Notes under the pieces: generated by a model | What the model saw: the letters and a program-made list of their open reading frames with translations, nothing else | Told to the model about the DNA's origin: nothing | Database searches by the model: none | Position numbers and translations under genes: made by a program | Part shown: piece after piece, positions 30,568 to 38,940 of the stretch | Numbering within the stretch: the stretch's first letter is position 1 | How the letters are laid out: each line of letters starts with the position of its first letter | Source of the DNA: Bdellovibrionales bacterium | Lineage (GTDB): Bacteria > Bdellovibrionota > Bdellovibrionia > Bdellovibrionales > UBA1609 | Assembly: GCA_027317865.1 (NCBI GenBank) | Contig: DAHVQG010000013.1 | Span: 1 to 64,000 of the forward strand | Length of the DNA: 64,000 bases | Reading direction: 5' to 3'

Positions 30568-32313
30568 ATGAAAATTATTTTGTTTATTTTGCTTACAGTT
30601 TCTAGCGTTGCCAGCGCGCGAACATTTCATTTGGTTACCGTGCGATTCGACGAACATTTGGCGGCATGGATCCCAAAATCGCGCGTGACCGGTTTAACCG
30701 AGGTAGAAAGAGCTTTGTTAAACCGGAACTGGCCGCTGTGCTCGCGGCTTGCGCGCAAAGCATTTTGGAGCTATCCATCCGTACGTGCCTGGGTTCTCGC
30801 CGTTCAGGTGCAATGTGAAACCAATCAATTTAACAAAAGTCGGAACCACGATAGCCGAATGGTAAGGCCGCTGACGACGACTTTGAAGTATGGTTGGGGG
30901 CGGTCAAAGTGGCTGCTCAATGGGCCGCAAGCGAACGAGTTGCGCGTAAATCTGATCGACGGGACATTGTCAGTTTTAGGTGCCGTTGCGAAGGGCCCCC
31001 GTATAAATGTAAGCCGGGCCGAAAAATGGAGTTTGATCAATTCGATATTGGCGGCGCAAAGCTGGTTAAATGCGTCCGAACAAGTCCGTCTATACGGCGA
31101 TGTGAGCGCGATCAGCAAAGCCGAAGGGCATCCGCAAACAGCGGTGCAATATGCGGCGTTAGTGCAGAAATTGACCGCGCCGGTCAACGTTGTTTCGGCG
31201 CCAACAAACAATTCGACGCCGCCAGGGCCGACATTATTTGAAAAAGCGATGACCGAGTTTCAGCAAAAAGAATACTCTGATGCCGCCGCGGATTTTGAGA
31301 AATATCTCGCGAGCGGCCAAACGGCGGACAACCTTTCGGCAATGTATTGGAGTTGGCGCGCTTATCAAAAAATGAATTCATCGAAAGCGCAAAAAGCTGT
31401 CGCGCGCCTGATATCGCATTTTCCGCTTAGTTATTATGGCCTGCGCGCGCGGGCCGAATTAAGTAAAAGCGGGGGCATTACGTTCCCCGAAAAATTTGCG
31501 CATCCAGTGCGGTATGTGTTGGCTCTTCGCCAGCCGGAATGGCAAGCCTGGAACAACTATTTACTTTTTATTAAAGCGGGTTGGTTTAAACAGGCGCAAG
31601 CCGAAATTCGATCGTTTGTAGCGCCCGCGACTTTGGCGGGCGAATTGATTTACGCCAAACTCTTTAGTTCGGCTCACGATTATCAAACCGCCGCGCAATA
31701 TCTGACACTGGCGTTCGCGCAAGATCCCAAGGTCATTACGATTGAAGCGCTCAAGACGATTTATCCGGATGTCTATCATCGTATTATTGATCAAGCTTCG
31801 CATCGGTTTGGTTTATCGACGGTATTGGTTCAGGCGGTTATCAAACAAGAAAGTTCATACGACGCCAATGCGGTGAGCCCGGCCGGAGCAATTGGGCTTA
31901 TGCAGCTCATGCCGGTTACGGCCGAACAACTTGCACGCGATATGTACATGCCACTTCGCAATGTTTCTAGCGATTTAACTGAACCAAAAATTAATATTCT
32001 TTTGGGAGCGGATTACTTGCATCGCGAATTGCATGACTTTAATAATAATTTGCCGCTAGCGCTGGCTGCTTACAATGCGGGCATCGGCAATGTTCGAAAT
32101 TGGTTGCAATCAAGGCCGGATGCAAGTTCCATTAAAACTGCTCCAACGTCAGACCCTACATCTGAACTTTGGTTTGATGAGTTACCGTGGCGGCAAACAC
32201 GACAATATATTCAGTCCATTTTACGAAACATTTTGTTGTACCGTATGCTCGATCGGCACAGCCGGCGACTCGACTTAAGTGAGAAATCGGTTGTTTTCCA
32301 TCGCGGGTTCTGA
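30568..32313 (+). CDS. slt: Slt-type lytic transglycosylase with TPR region
   Basis: AVIKQES (catalytic Glu), AVSPAGAIGLMQLMP, ALAAYNAG and TRQY motifs; YYGLRA. Confidence 0.92.
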   Translation: MKIILFILLTVSSVASARTFHLVTVRFDEHLAAWIPKSRVTGLTEVERALLNRNWPLCSRLARKAFWSYPSVRAWVLAVQVQCETNQFNKSRNHDSRMVRPLTTTLKYGWGRSKWLLNGPQANELRVNLIDGTLSVLGAVAKGPRINVSRAEKWSLINSILAAQSWLNASEQVRLYGDVSAISKAEGHPQTAVQYAALVQKLTAPVNVVSAPTNNSTPPGPTLFEKAMTEFQQKEYSDAAADFEKYLASGQTADNLSAMYWSWRAYQKMNSSKAQKAVARLISHFPLSYYGLRARAELSKSGGITFPEKFAHPVRYVLALRQPEWQAWNNYLLFIKAGWFKQAQAEIRSFVAPATLAGELIYAKLFSSAHDYQTAAQYLTLAFAQDPKVITIEALKTIYPDVYHRIIDQASHRFGLSTVLVQAVIKQESSYDANAVSPAGAIGLMQLMPVTAEQLARDMYMPLRNVSSDLTEPKINILLGADYLHRELHDFNNNLPLALAAYNAGIGNVRNWLQSRPDASSIKTAPTSDPTSELWFDELPWRQTRQYIQSILRNILLYRMLDRHSRRLDLSEKSVVFHRGF

Positions 32314-32323
32314 TTACACTAAG

Positions 32324-34075
32324 ATGATGGATATAAATTCAGCGCGCCGCGCGGTCGTGCTATTATTTTTAAGTGCGACCGTCAGTCTAACAGCATGTAG
32401 TTACCTTCGAGTCAGTCCTCAAACTCATCCCATCACCGATGTCGTTCGAGTTATCCCAGCAAAGGGCTATAAGCCCGACGCCCGCTACGGAAAACTGAGT
32501 CTTCAAACGAACCCATGGGTTGACCAGTGGATCAGTTATTTTACCGGACGCGGTCGCAACTATATGCAACTGTATTTGGAGCGATCGTCCCGTTACATCC
32601 CACTGATGAAAGAAGTGTTTCGCGATCGCGGAATGCCGCAAAGATTGGCGTACTTGGCGATCGTCGAATCCGGACTGAATGCGGATGCGTTTTCATATGC
32701 CAGTGCCGTCGGTTATTGGCAATTCATGAGCTACACCGGTCGACGCTACAATTTGCGAATTGACCGTTACGTTGATGAGCGGCGCGATCCGATATTGTCG
32801 ACCGAAGCGGCCGCGACCTATCTCGATTCGTTATACAGCGTGTTCGGCAATTGGTATCTTGCTTTGGCGGCTTACAATACGGGGCAAGGCCGGGTTATGC
32901 GTGCGGTTATGCATTATCACACGCGCAACTTCTGGAAGTTGTGCCATTACCGCTGGGCTTTGCCGCTTCAAACCAAAAATTATATTCCAAAATTCATTGC
33001 GACCGTCTTGATTGCCGAAAATCCTCAAAAATACGGTTTCAATAACATTGACACGCAACCGGCATTTAAATTTGATTCCGTCGTCATTCACAGGCCGATT
33101 AGTCTTGAAAAATTGGCTAAAGAACTTCACGTTGACTATAACGAATTGAAATTAATGAACCCCCGCTACAAGAGCGATTATGTGCCTGTATACGCCGATC
33201 GCATCAATGCCATTCGCGTCCCGGTGGGTATGAAAGCACAAGCCATCGCGGATCTTAGCGGGGCTTACAGTTCGGGTCCAAAATACTACGCGACTTCGTT
33301 TCACTACTATCGCGTTCGCCCCGGCGACAGTTTGATCGGAATGGCATATCGCTTTCACACAACTGTCGCTCGTCTTTGTTATATGAACGGCATTTCATCA
33401 CGTGGCATCATTCGTGCCGGTCGATTGATGAGAGTGCCTTACGGCTATTCGCCTGAACGTTATGATCGTTCGATTGCCTCTGTTCGGACGAACCCGGCGA
33501 GCTTCGATCGCGGAGGGTACCAGTACTACCGCATTCGCCCCGGTGATAATCTTGATGAAATCGCGGTACGTTTTCATGTGTTTATGGACAATCTTTTAAG
33601 GTTGAACCATTTCTCTCGGCGCACGATGATTCGAGTGGGCCAGCTCATAAAAATTCAACGTCTCGGTGGTGCGGCGCCGCGAGCGATAGCGTCTGTTCGA
33701 CAAGCGGTTCGACATGGAAATTACAAGTACTATCGAATTCGTCGTGGCGATAATCTCGATTATATCGCCCGGCGCTTTCACACGTCAGTCGCGAGACTTG
33801 TGCGGATGAACCATATTTCACGGCATTCGATGATTCGGGCAGGGCAGCTTTTGAAAGTTCAACGAGTGGTATCGTCAACGCACACCACGAGTTTTGTGAG
33901 CAGAAATGGTATACGTGGGCGTTTGCACATTGTTCGTCCGGGTGAAAATCTCACTTTGATTGCCCATCGATTTAAGGTCAGCATTTCAGAAATTGCACAT
34001 GCCAATTCTCTTCAGCCCGATTCAAAACTTCTCGCCGGGACTGAACTCATCATTCCCAGTTACCGAGTGAACTAA
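32324..34075 (+). CDS. mltD: MltD-like lytic transglycosylase lipoprotein with four LysM domains
   Basis: Lipobox LTAC; LAIVESG, AVGYWQF, DERRDP..ST.AAA and LAAYN motifs; 4x Y/H.(V/I)R.GD/EN LysM repeats. Confidence 0.93.
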   Translation: MMDINSARRAVVLLFLSATVSLTACSYLRVSPQTHPITDVVRVIPAKGYKPDARYGKLSLQTNPWVDQWISYFTGRGRNYMQLYLERSSRYIPLMKEVFRDRGMPQRLAYLAIVESGLNADAFSYASAVGYWQFMSYTGRRYNLRIDRYVDERRDPILSTEAAATYLDSLYSVFGNWYLALAAYNTGQGRVMRAVMHYHTRNFWKLCHYRWALPLQTKNYIPKFIATVLIAENPQKYGFNNIDTQPAFKFDSVVIHRPISLEKLAKELHVDYNELKLMNPRYKSDYVPVYADRINAIRVPVGMKAQAIADLSGAYSSGPKYYATSFHYYRVRPGDSLIGMAYRFHTTVARLCYMNGISSRGIIRAGRLMRVPYGYSPERYDRSIASVRTNPASFDRGGYQYYRIRPGDNLDEIAVRFHVFMDNLLRLNHFSRRTMIRVGQLIKIQRLGGAAPRAIASVRQAVRHGNYKYYRIRRGDNLDYIARRFHTSVARLVRMNHISRHSMIRAGQLLKVQRVVSSTHTTSFVSRNGIRGRLHIVRPGENLTLIAHRFKVSISEIAHANSLQPDSKLLAGTELIIPSYRVN

Positions 34076-34221
34076 ACGTCTAGCTTAATAAATTTTAATG
34101 TTAGATTTTTGCTAGAAACCTAGACCAAGATCCTGATTGTTAAGTTATTGACTCTAGACTTTTTAAAAAATTCTGCGGGATGATCAAGACCAAAGACGCG
34201 TACACCGCGCAAGGAGGGGTC

Positions 34222-35289
34222 ATGAACAGGATGAAAGCAGGGGTCTGTCAACTTGCGATTATATTCATCGCAGGTCTTAGTATTATCGGATTTTCGAATA
34301 ATAGTTGGGCGTGGGGTTTTCTCGGCCACGAATCAATCGCGTTGATTGCGCAAGAGCACATGACTCCCGCAGCACTCGCCGAAGTTCATGCCATTCTCGG
34401 CAACATGACGATGGAGCAAGCCGCAGCTTGGCCCGACACGATTAAACAGGAGCCGCAATGGGCACACACGGCGTCTTATCACTTCATCAATATAAAACTT
34501 GGACAATCGTATTTTTCACAATACAGCCGACCTGGTTTTCTGCAAAAAGGTGACGCCATACGAGCGTTGGTAAAAGCTGAAAATATTTTGCGAAGCCGTT
34601 CTTCAACGATGATTCAGAAAAAATATGCGCTCTGTTTTTTGGAGCATATCGAGGGCGATTTGCATCAACCGCTTCATGAAGCCAACCGGGCGCGCGGGGG
34701 CAATAGCATTAAAATTACATTTTTTGGGCGCAGTACGAACCTCCACGCCATTTGGGATTACGGAATGCTTTTTGAAATTCTTTGGGGGCAACCGCGATCG
34801 CCGAACGGGTATAAAAATATAACGGTTCAAGATGCGGCAAAACTCGTCAGTATGTTACCAGTGGCGACACCGGCCGAAATTGCAACCTGGCAAAATTCGT
34901 ACATTCTCGATTGGTCGCGAGATGCGCGGTCGAGACTCCCCGAAATTTTTAAAGATTGGAATGGTAACAGCCAAAGCTATTACAGTAAGTATGGTCCCTA
35001 CGCCGAAGAGATGATTGAAAAAGCCGGTTATCGATTGGCAGCTTGGCTCGACGCCATAATGACCAATCAACCGTTTCAAGCACAAAAAGCTCAAGCATTG
35101 CGGCAAGAAATATTGGCGCATATGGGTGGCAAAGATCAATATCCGATCGTGCTTCAGCCTGAGAACGGTGGAGGCCAAGGTTCGGGCGGCGGTTGGCATC
35201 ACGGCGGCAGTGGTGGCTGGCATCATGGCGGCAGTGGTGGCTGGCATCATGGCGGCAATGGTGGATCCCATCATTGGCATAACGGCTGA
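34222..35289 (+). CDS. Secreted S1/P1 nuclease with Gly/His/Trp-rich tail
   Basis: Signal peptide then WG..GH, WPD, H..GDLHQPLH, NLHAIWD and AGYRLA motifs; AGGAGG RBS. Confidence 0.93.
   Translation: MNRMKAGVCQLAIIFIAGLSIIGFSNNSWAWGFLGHESIALIAQEHMTPAALAEVHAILGNMTMEQAAAWPDTIKQEPQWAHTASYHFINIKLGQSYFSQYSRPGFLQKGDAIRALVKAENILRSRSSTMIQKKYALCFLEHIEGDLHQPLHEANRARGGNSIKITFFGRSTNLHAIWDYGMLFEILWGQPRSPNGYKNITVQDAAKLVSMLPVATPAEIATWQNSYILDWSRDARSRLPEIFKDWNGNSQSYYSKYGPYAEEMIEKAGYRLAAWLDAIMTNQPFQAQKAQALRQEILAHMGGKDQYPIVLQPENGGGQGSGGGWHHGGSGGWHHGGSGGWHHGGNGGSHHWHNG
35188..35259 (+). repeat. 3x 24-nt coding tandem repeat (GGWHHGGS/N)
   Basis: ggYggYtggcatcaYggcggcaRt three times. Confidence 0.9.
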
Positions 35290-35312
35290 TTAATAAACTA
35301 AAATTATCACGC

Positions 35313-35355
35313 CTTACCGCTAACTAACTCGAGTTTAGGGATTTTTAGCGGTAAG
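35313..35355. terminator. Stem-loop between convergent nuclease and mrp genes
   Basis: CTTACCGCTAA ... TTAGCGGTAAG 11-bp inverted repeat. Confidence 0.55.
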
Positions 35356-35361
35356 AACCGT

Positions 35362-36183
35362 TCACTCCGTAGTCGTTGCGCGGATCACTTTTTCGGCAAT
35401 GTCGCTGAATTGTTGCGAAATTGCCCCGTCAGGTTCAGAGGCAACGATGGGAATGCCGGCTTCTGAACTGAGACCGATGTGTGGATCAAAAGCAATCTCG
35501 CCGAGCTTTGGAATTTTCAATTGATCAAGATAACTGTTTAGCTCGCCGCGCGGAAATAGTTGCACGCGTTGACTCGGGCTACCGTTTGCACCAGGCAAAT
35601 TTAAATAAGACATGTTTTCAATCACGCCGAGTATCGGTACGTGGACTTGTTGAAACATATCCACAGCTTTGCGAGCGTCAACAAGCGCCAAATTTTGCGG
35701 AGTGCAAACAATGACAGCCCCCGCAACCGGAACTCTTTGCGCCATGGTGAGAGCCACATCGCCCGTACCTGGTGGTAGATCGACCACAAGATAATCAAGT
35801 TCACCCCAATCGACGTCGTGCAAGAACTGATCGAGCGCTTTAAAAAGCATGGGGCCGCGCCAGATAACGGCCTGCGATTCTTCAACAATAAACCCAATGC
35901 TCATGAGAAAAAGCCCGTGGCGCACAAGTGGCTGCATGCGAGCCTTTCCCGTTTCACTCTTAACAAATGAAGGTTTTTGGTAAAGAGCGCCGAACATACG
36001 CGGAATTGAAGGGCCATGAATATCGGCGTCCAATAGGCCGACCTTTTGTCCAGATTGCTTCATGGCCAGCGCCAAGTTGGCGGCGACCGTGGATTTGCCG
36101 ACTCCGCCTTTGCCGGAACCAACCAAGATTATTTTTTTTATGCCCGCGATCGGCGCTTGGAGATCAAATGGGTTCATTGACAT
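35362..36183 (-). CDS. mrp: Mrp/ApbC/NBP35 family P-loop ATPase
   Basis: GSGKGGVGKST, DADIHGPS, WRGPML, DLPPGTGD and ENMS motifs; GGGAG RBS before ATG 36183. Confidence 0.93.
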   Translation of the reverse strand: MSMNPFDLQAPIAGIKKIILVGSGKGGVGKSTVAANLALAMKQSGQKVGLLDADIHGPSIPRMFGALYQKPSFVKSETGKARMQPLVRHGLFLMSIGFIVEESQAVIWRGPMLFKALDQFLHDVDWGELDYLVVDLPPGTGDVALTMAQRVPVAGAVIVCTPQNLALVDARKAVDMFQQVHVPILGVIENMSYLNLPGANGSPSQRVQLFPRGELNSYLDQLKIPKLGEIAFDPHIGLSSEAGIPIVASEPDGAISQQFSDIAEKVIRATTTE

Positions 36184-36210
36184 GTTTACTCCCGAAGCAA
36201 AAAATGAGGT

Positions 36211-36597
36211 ATGGATCCCAAAGTTCTCCATTTTTTATACCTGAATGGTCTTGTGGTCCTAGTGTTGATTTTGTATCTGGTGCGACGTCCCAAAAAACGC
36301 ATTCCAAGATTGAAATTGCGCAATTTTTTGTCGAAAGGTGACGCGATGGTTGCGCACACGGTTGATTTTGCCAATGCCCCCGAGCAAACCGTGCGGCGAG
36401 AGCGCCGCTTGAACGTGATTTTTCAGTTCAACGGTCATGACTTTGACGCCTATGAGATTCTTGGTTTACCAGCCGGCAGCCAATGGCAGGCGGTTGAAGT
36501 CGCTTACGAAAAAATGGTCAAATCTGCTGATCCAGGTGACGACGAAATATACCATCATGCATTCAATGCCATTCGCCGTTCAGTGAGCGGCGGGTAA
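36211..36597 (+). CDS. Membrane-anchored protein with degenerate J-domain-like C-terminus
   Basis: N-terminal TM; NGHDFDAYEILGLP....V..AY without HPD; GAGG RBS. Confidence 0.7.
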   Translation: MDPKVLHFLYLNGLVVLVLILYLVRRPKKRIPRLKLRNFLSKGDAMVAHTVDFANAPEQTVRRERRLNVIFQFNGHDFDAYEILGLPAGSQWQAVEVAYEKMVKSADPGDDEIYHHAFNAIRRSVSGG

Positions 36598-36623
36598 GTG
36601 AGTCGAGAATAATTCTTGCCGTT

Positions 36624-37811
36624 TTGAATCGTCGTCCCGTAGAACTGTACGAACAGGGGGTTCTCGTGGCGGGCGGTCTCTTTTTTCTTTTCGGCGCAAC
36701 AGTCGGAGCAATTTTGGGAGTGCTAATTGGGTATTACTGGCATTCCAAAGGCCGTGTTCAGGACGACAAGTTGGTGCAAGAGCTGCGAGAACGTGCCGAA
36801 CTTCAATTTGAAAATTTGGCCAACCGTATTTTCGAATCAAAGGCCAAAACGTTGAGTGAAACTGCAAAATCACTCAATGAAAATGCCGAAAAAAATCTTG
36901 AAGGCATTCTCAAGCCTCTCCGCGAACATTTGCAGAAATTCGAAAAATCAGTGGATGAAAAATACACAACCGAAGCCAAAGAACGGTACGTTCTTAAATC
37001 TGAAATTGAAAAATTGATTTCGCTCAACGACAAGATGGCCGTCGAGACCAAGTCACTTACCGATGCTTTGCGCGGCGACAACAAAGTGGCCGGTGACTGG
37101 GGCGAGATGGTTTTAAAACGAGTGCTTGAGGCATCCGGCCTGCGCGAGGGCCACGAGTATTTTGAGCAACAATCTCATGCCAATGACGACGGCGACCGGA
37201 TGCGCCCCGACGTTGTGATTCAATTGCCCGACAATAAACATGTGATTGTCGATTCAAAGGTTTCACTTCGCGCATTCGATGCGTATCGCGCCTCAAATGA
37301 TGACGGCGATAAACAGAAATGGTTAAATGAGCATTTAAAATCCATTGAACGGCACGTAACGGAATTGAGCGACAAAAATTACGCAAAACTGAAGGGCATC
37401 AAGTCGCCGGACATCGTGCTCATGTTTATTCCTATAGAGCCAGCGTACGTTTTAGCTATGCACGCCGATTCGGACCTGTCGCTTCGTGCGTGGCAAAAGG
37501 GCGTGGCGATTGTCACGGCAACGACTCTGCTGACAAGTCTTAAAACAATAGCGTCAATTTGGCGCGTCGATAAACAAAATCGAAACGCCATCGAGATCGC
37601 CCAAGAAGGGGCGAAACTCTACGACAAATTTGTCGGATTTCTTGAGGAGTTTGAGAAGATCGGTCATACGTTTGAGACCGGACAAAAACAGTATGCTTCG
37701 GCGATGAACAAGTTGCATGACGGCCCCGGCAACGTATTTCGCAAGATGGAGCGTCTGCGTGAATTGGGCGCATCTCCGAGCAAGAGCCTGCCAGCCGATC
37801 GACTTGAATAG
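36624..37811 (+). CDS. rmuC: DNA recombination protein RmuC
   Basis: LKPLRE.L..F, GDWGEMVL.RVLE.SGL, RPDVVI.LP..VIVDSK, MFIPIE and LYDKFVGF motifs. Confidence 0.95.
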   Translation: MNRRPVELYEQGVLVAGGLFFLFGATVGAILGVLIGYYWHSKGRVQDDKLVQELRERAELQFENLANRIFESKAKTLSETAKSLNENAEKNLEGILKPLREHLQKFEKSVDEKYTTEAKERYVLKSEIEKLISLNDKMAVETKSLTDALRGDNKVAGDWGEMVLKRVLEASGLREGHEYFEQQSHANDDGDRMRPDVVIQLPDNKHVIVDSKVSLRAFDAYRASNDDGDKQKWLNEHLKSIERHVTELSDKNYAKLKGIKSPDIVLMFIPIEPAYVLAMHADSDLSLRAWQKGVAIVTATTLLTSLKTIASIWRVDKQNRNAIEIAQEGAKLYDKFVGFLEEFEKIGHTFETGQKQYASAMNKLHDGPGNVFRKMERLRELGASPSKSLPADRLE

Positions 37812-37818
37812 TTGATCT

Positions 37819-38061
37819 TTAAGAATGCGTTCCGGGCGCTCCGCGTGCGATTAGCACTTCGCGCCTATCGTGCAAAAGTTGCGCGGTTTCTTCTAAAACG
37901 TCGTAGATTTTTGCAAGTTCCGTTTGTTCATCGTGAGCATCTTCTCGCGACTTAAGGCGATCTCTCAACGAATCAACCAGCAATAATGCCGTACTGATAG
38001 GCGTTGAAAGGCGATGAAGAAACTCCCGTTCATCGTTTTTGTTTGACTCGGATTTGTTCAT
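37819..38061 (-). CDS. Stand-alone HisKA/DHp-like mini protein
   Basis: EREFLHRLSTPIS H-box-like motif in an 80-aa two-helix protein; AAGGAG RBS. Confidence 0.65.
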   Translation of the reverse strand: MNKSESNKNDEREFLHRLSTPISTALLLVDSLRDRLKSREDAHDEQTELAKIYDVLEETAQLLHDRREVLIARGAPGTHS

Positions 38062-38106
38062 GAAGAAAACGCTCCTTTGAATAAAAATGGACGCCCGAAC
38101 ATGGCG

Positions 38107-38835
38107 CTAGTATTTTGGTATAAATGATTTGGGGTTAAGTTCTTGGGTTAAACGAATGATCCGATCGCGAAAATCATCTTGAATATGAACAAATTCGACA
38201 CCGCAGCCTTTTGCCAAGTTGGCCGTTTTTTGCGTGCGCAACCAGCGCAAGATGCCGCGCCCCGAAAAATTCTCTTTCGTCGAGTTTTGAAACGCGACGG
38301 TAAAATTGATTTCAGAACCGATCGAGACGGGCAAATCTTCGGACATCGAGACAAACATGCCGCCTTGGCCCAGGCTCACGGCACGACTTTCAATCGCTTC
38401 AGCAAAATTCTGATAGTGAAGCCGCAAATTAAGGTTTGGTAGCTGTATCGTCGTAGGATGGTCCCAGCGCTGTCTTTTTGGCAATAGAGCCAGATCGATG
38501 GTGTTATAAAGCGTCTTCCGGTTGAACGGTTTGGCGATCATTGCGGCTGCGCCCTCGTGATAAGCGTCTTCAATGGCAAACTCCGCGAAGCCGGTAAGCA
38601 AAAGAAAGACCGGGAATTCGCAATTTTGCTCGCGAATTTTCTTCAGCAATTGAATGCCGTCGCCGTTAGGCATACGCACATCTGACAGAACGACATCTAC
38701 TTTTGTGGTCTCGAGAATTTGAAGGGCTTGATTACCACTGTCGGCGAGTACAACCGTATACTGGCGCCTTTGAAAATCGTGGCCGATGGCTTCACGAAGC
38801 AATTTGTCGTCATCAACAATCAACACAGTGCGCAT
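38107..38835 (-). CDS. Response regulator with REC and PilZ-like domains
   Basis: LIVDDD, SDVRMP.GDG, LTG and KPF motifs; C-terminal GGMFV...GILRW..GCGVEF PilZ-like barrel. Confidence 0.88.
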   Translation of the reverse strand: MRTVLIVDDDKLLREAIGHDFQRRQYTVVLADSGNQALQILETTKVDVVLSDVRMPNGDGIQLLKKIREQNCEFPVFLLLTGFAEFAIEDAYHEGAAAMIAKPFNRKTLYNTIDLALLPKRQRWDHPTTIQLPNLNLRLHYQNFAEAIESRAVSLGQGGMFVSMSEDLPVSIGSEINFTVAFQNSTKENFSGRGILRWLRTQKTANLAKGCGVEFVHIQDDFRDRIIRLTQELNPKSFIPKY

Positions 38836-38912
38836 ATTGCCTCAGGTACAGTGACTCCGATTACGTTCTAATGCTTCATAACAAAACGTCGCTTTAACTA
38901 TGCACGTAACTC

Positions 38913-38940
38913 ATATCGGCAATAATTCTATAAATCTAAA
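38913..38940 (-). promoter_or_regulatory. Probable sigma28 (FliA) promoter for the REC-PilZ gene
   Basis: TTTAG-N15-GCCGATAT about 78 bp upstream of ATG 38835. Confidence 0.5.

Noticed and set aside
35188-35259. Short regularly spaced repeats as a CRISPR array
   Set aside because: They are contiguous 24-nt in-frame coding repeats with no spacers, and there are no cas genes in the window
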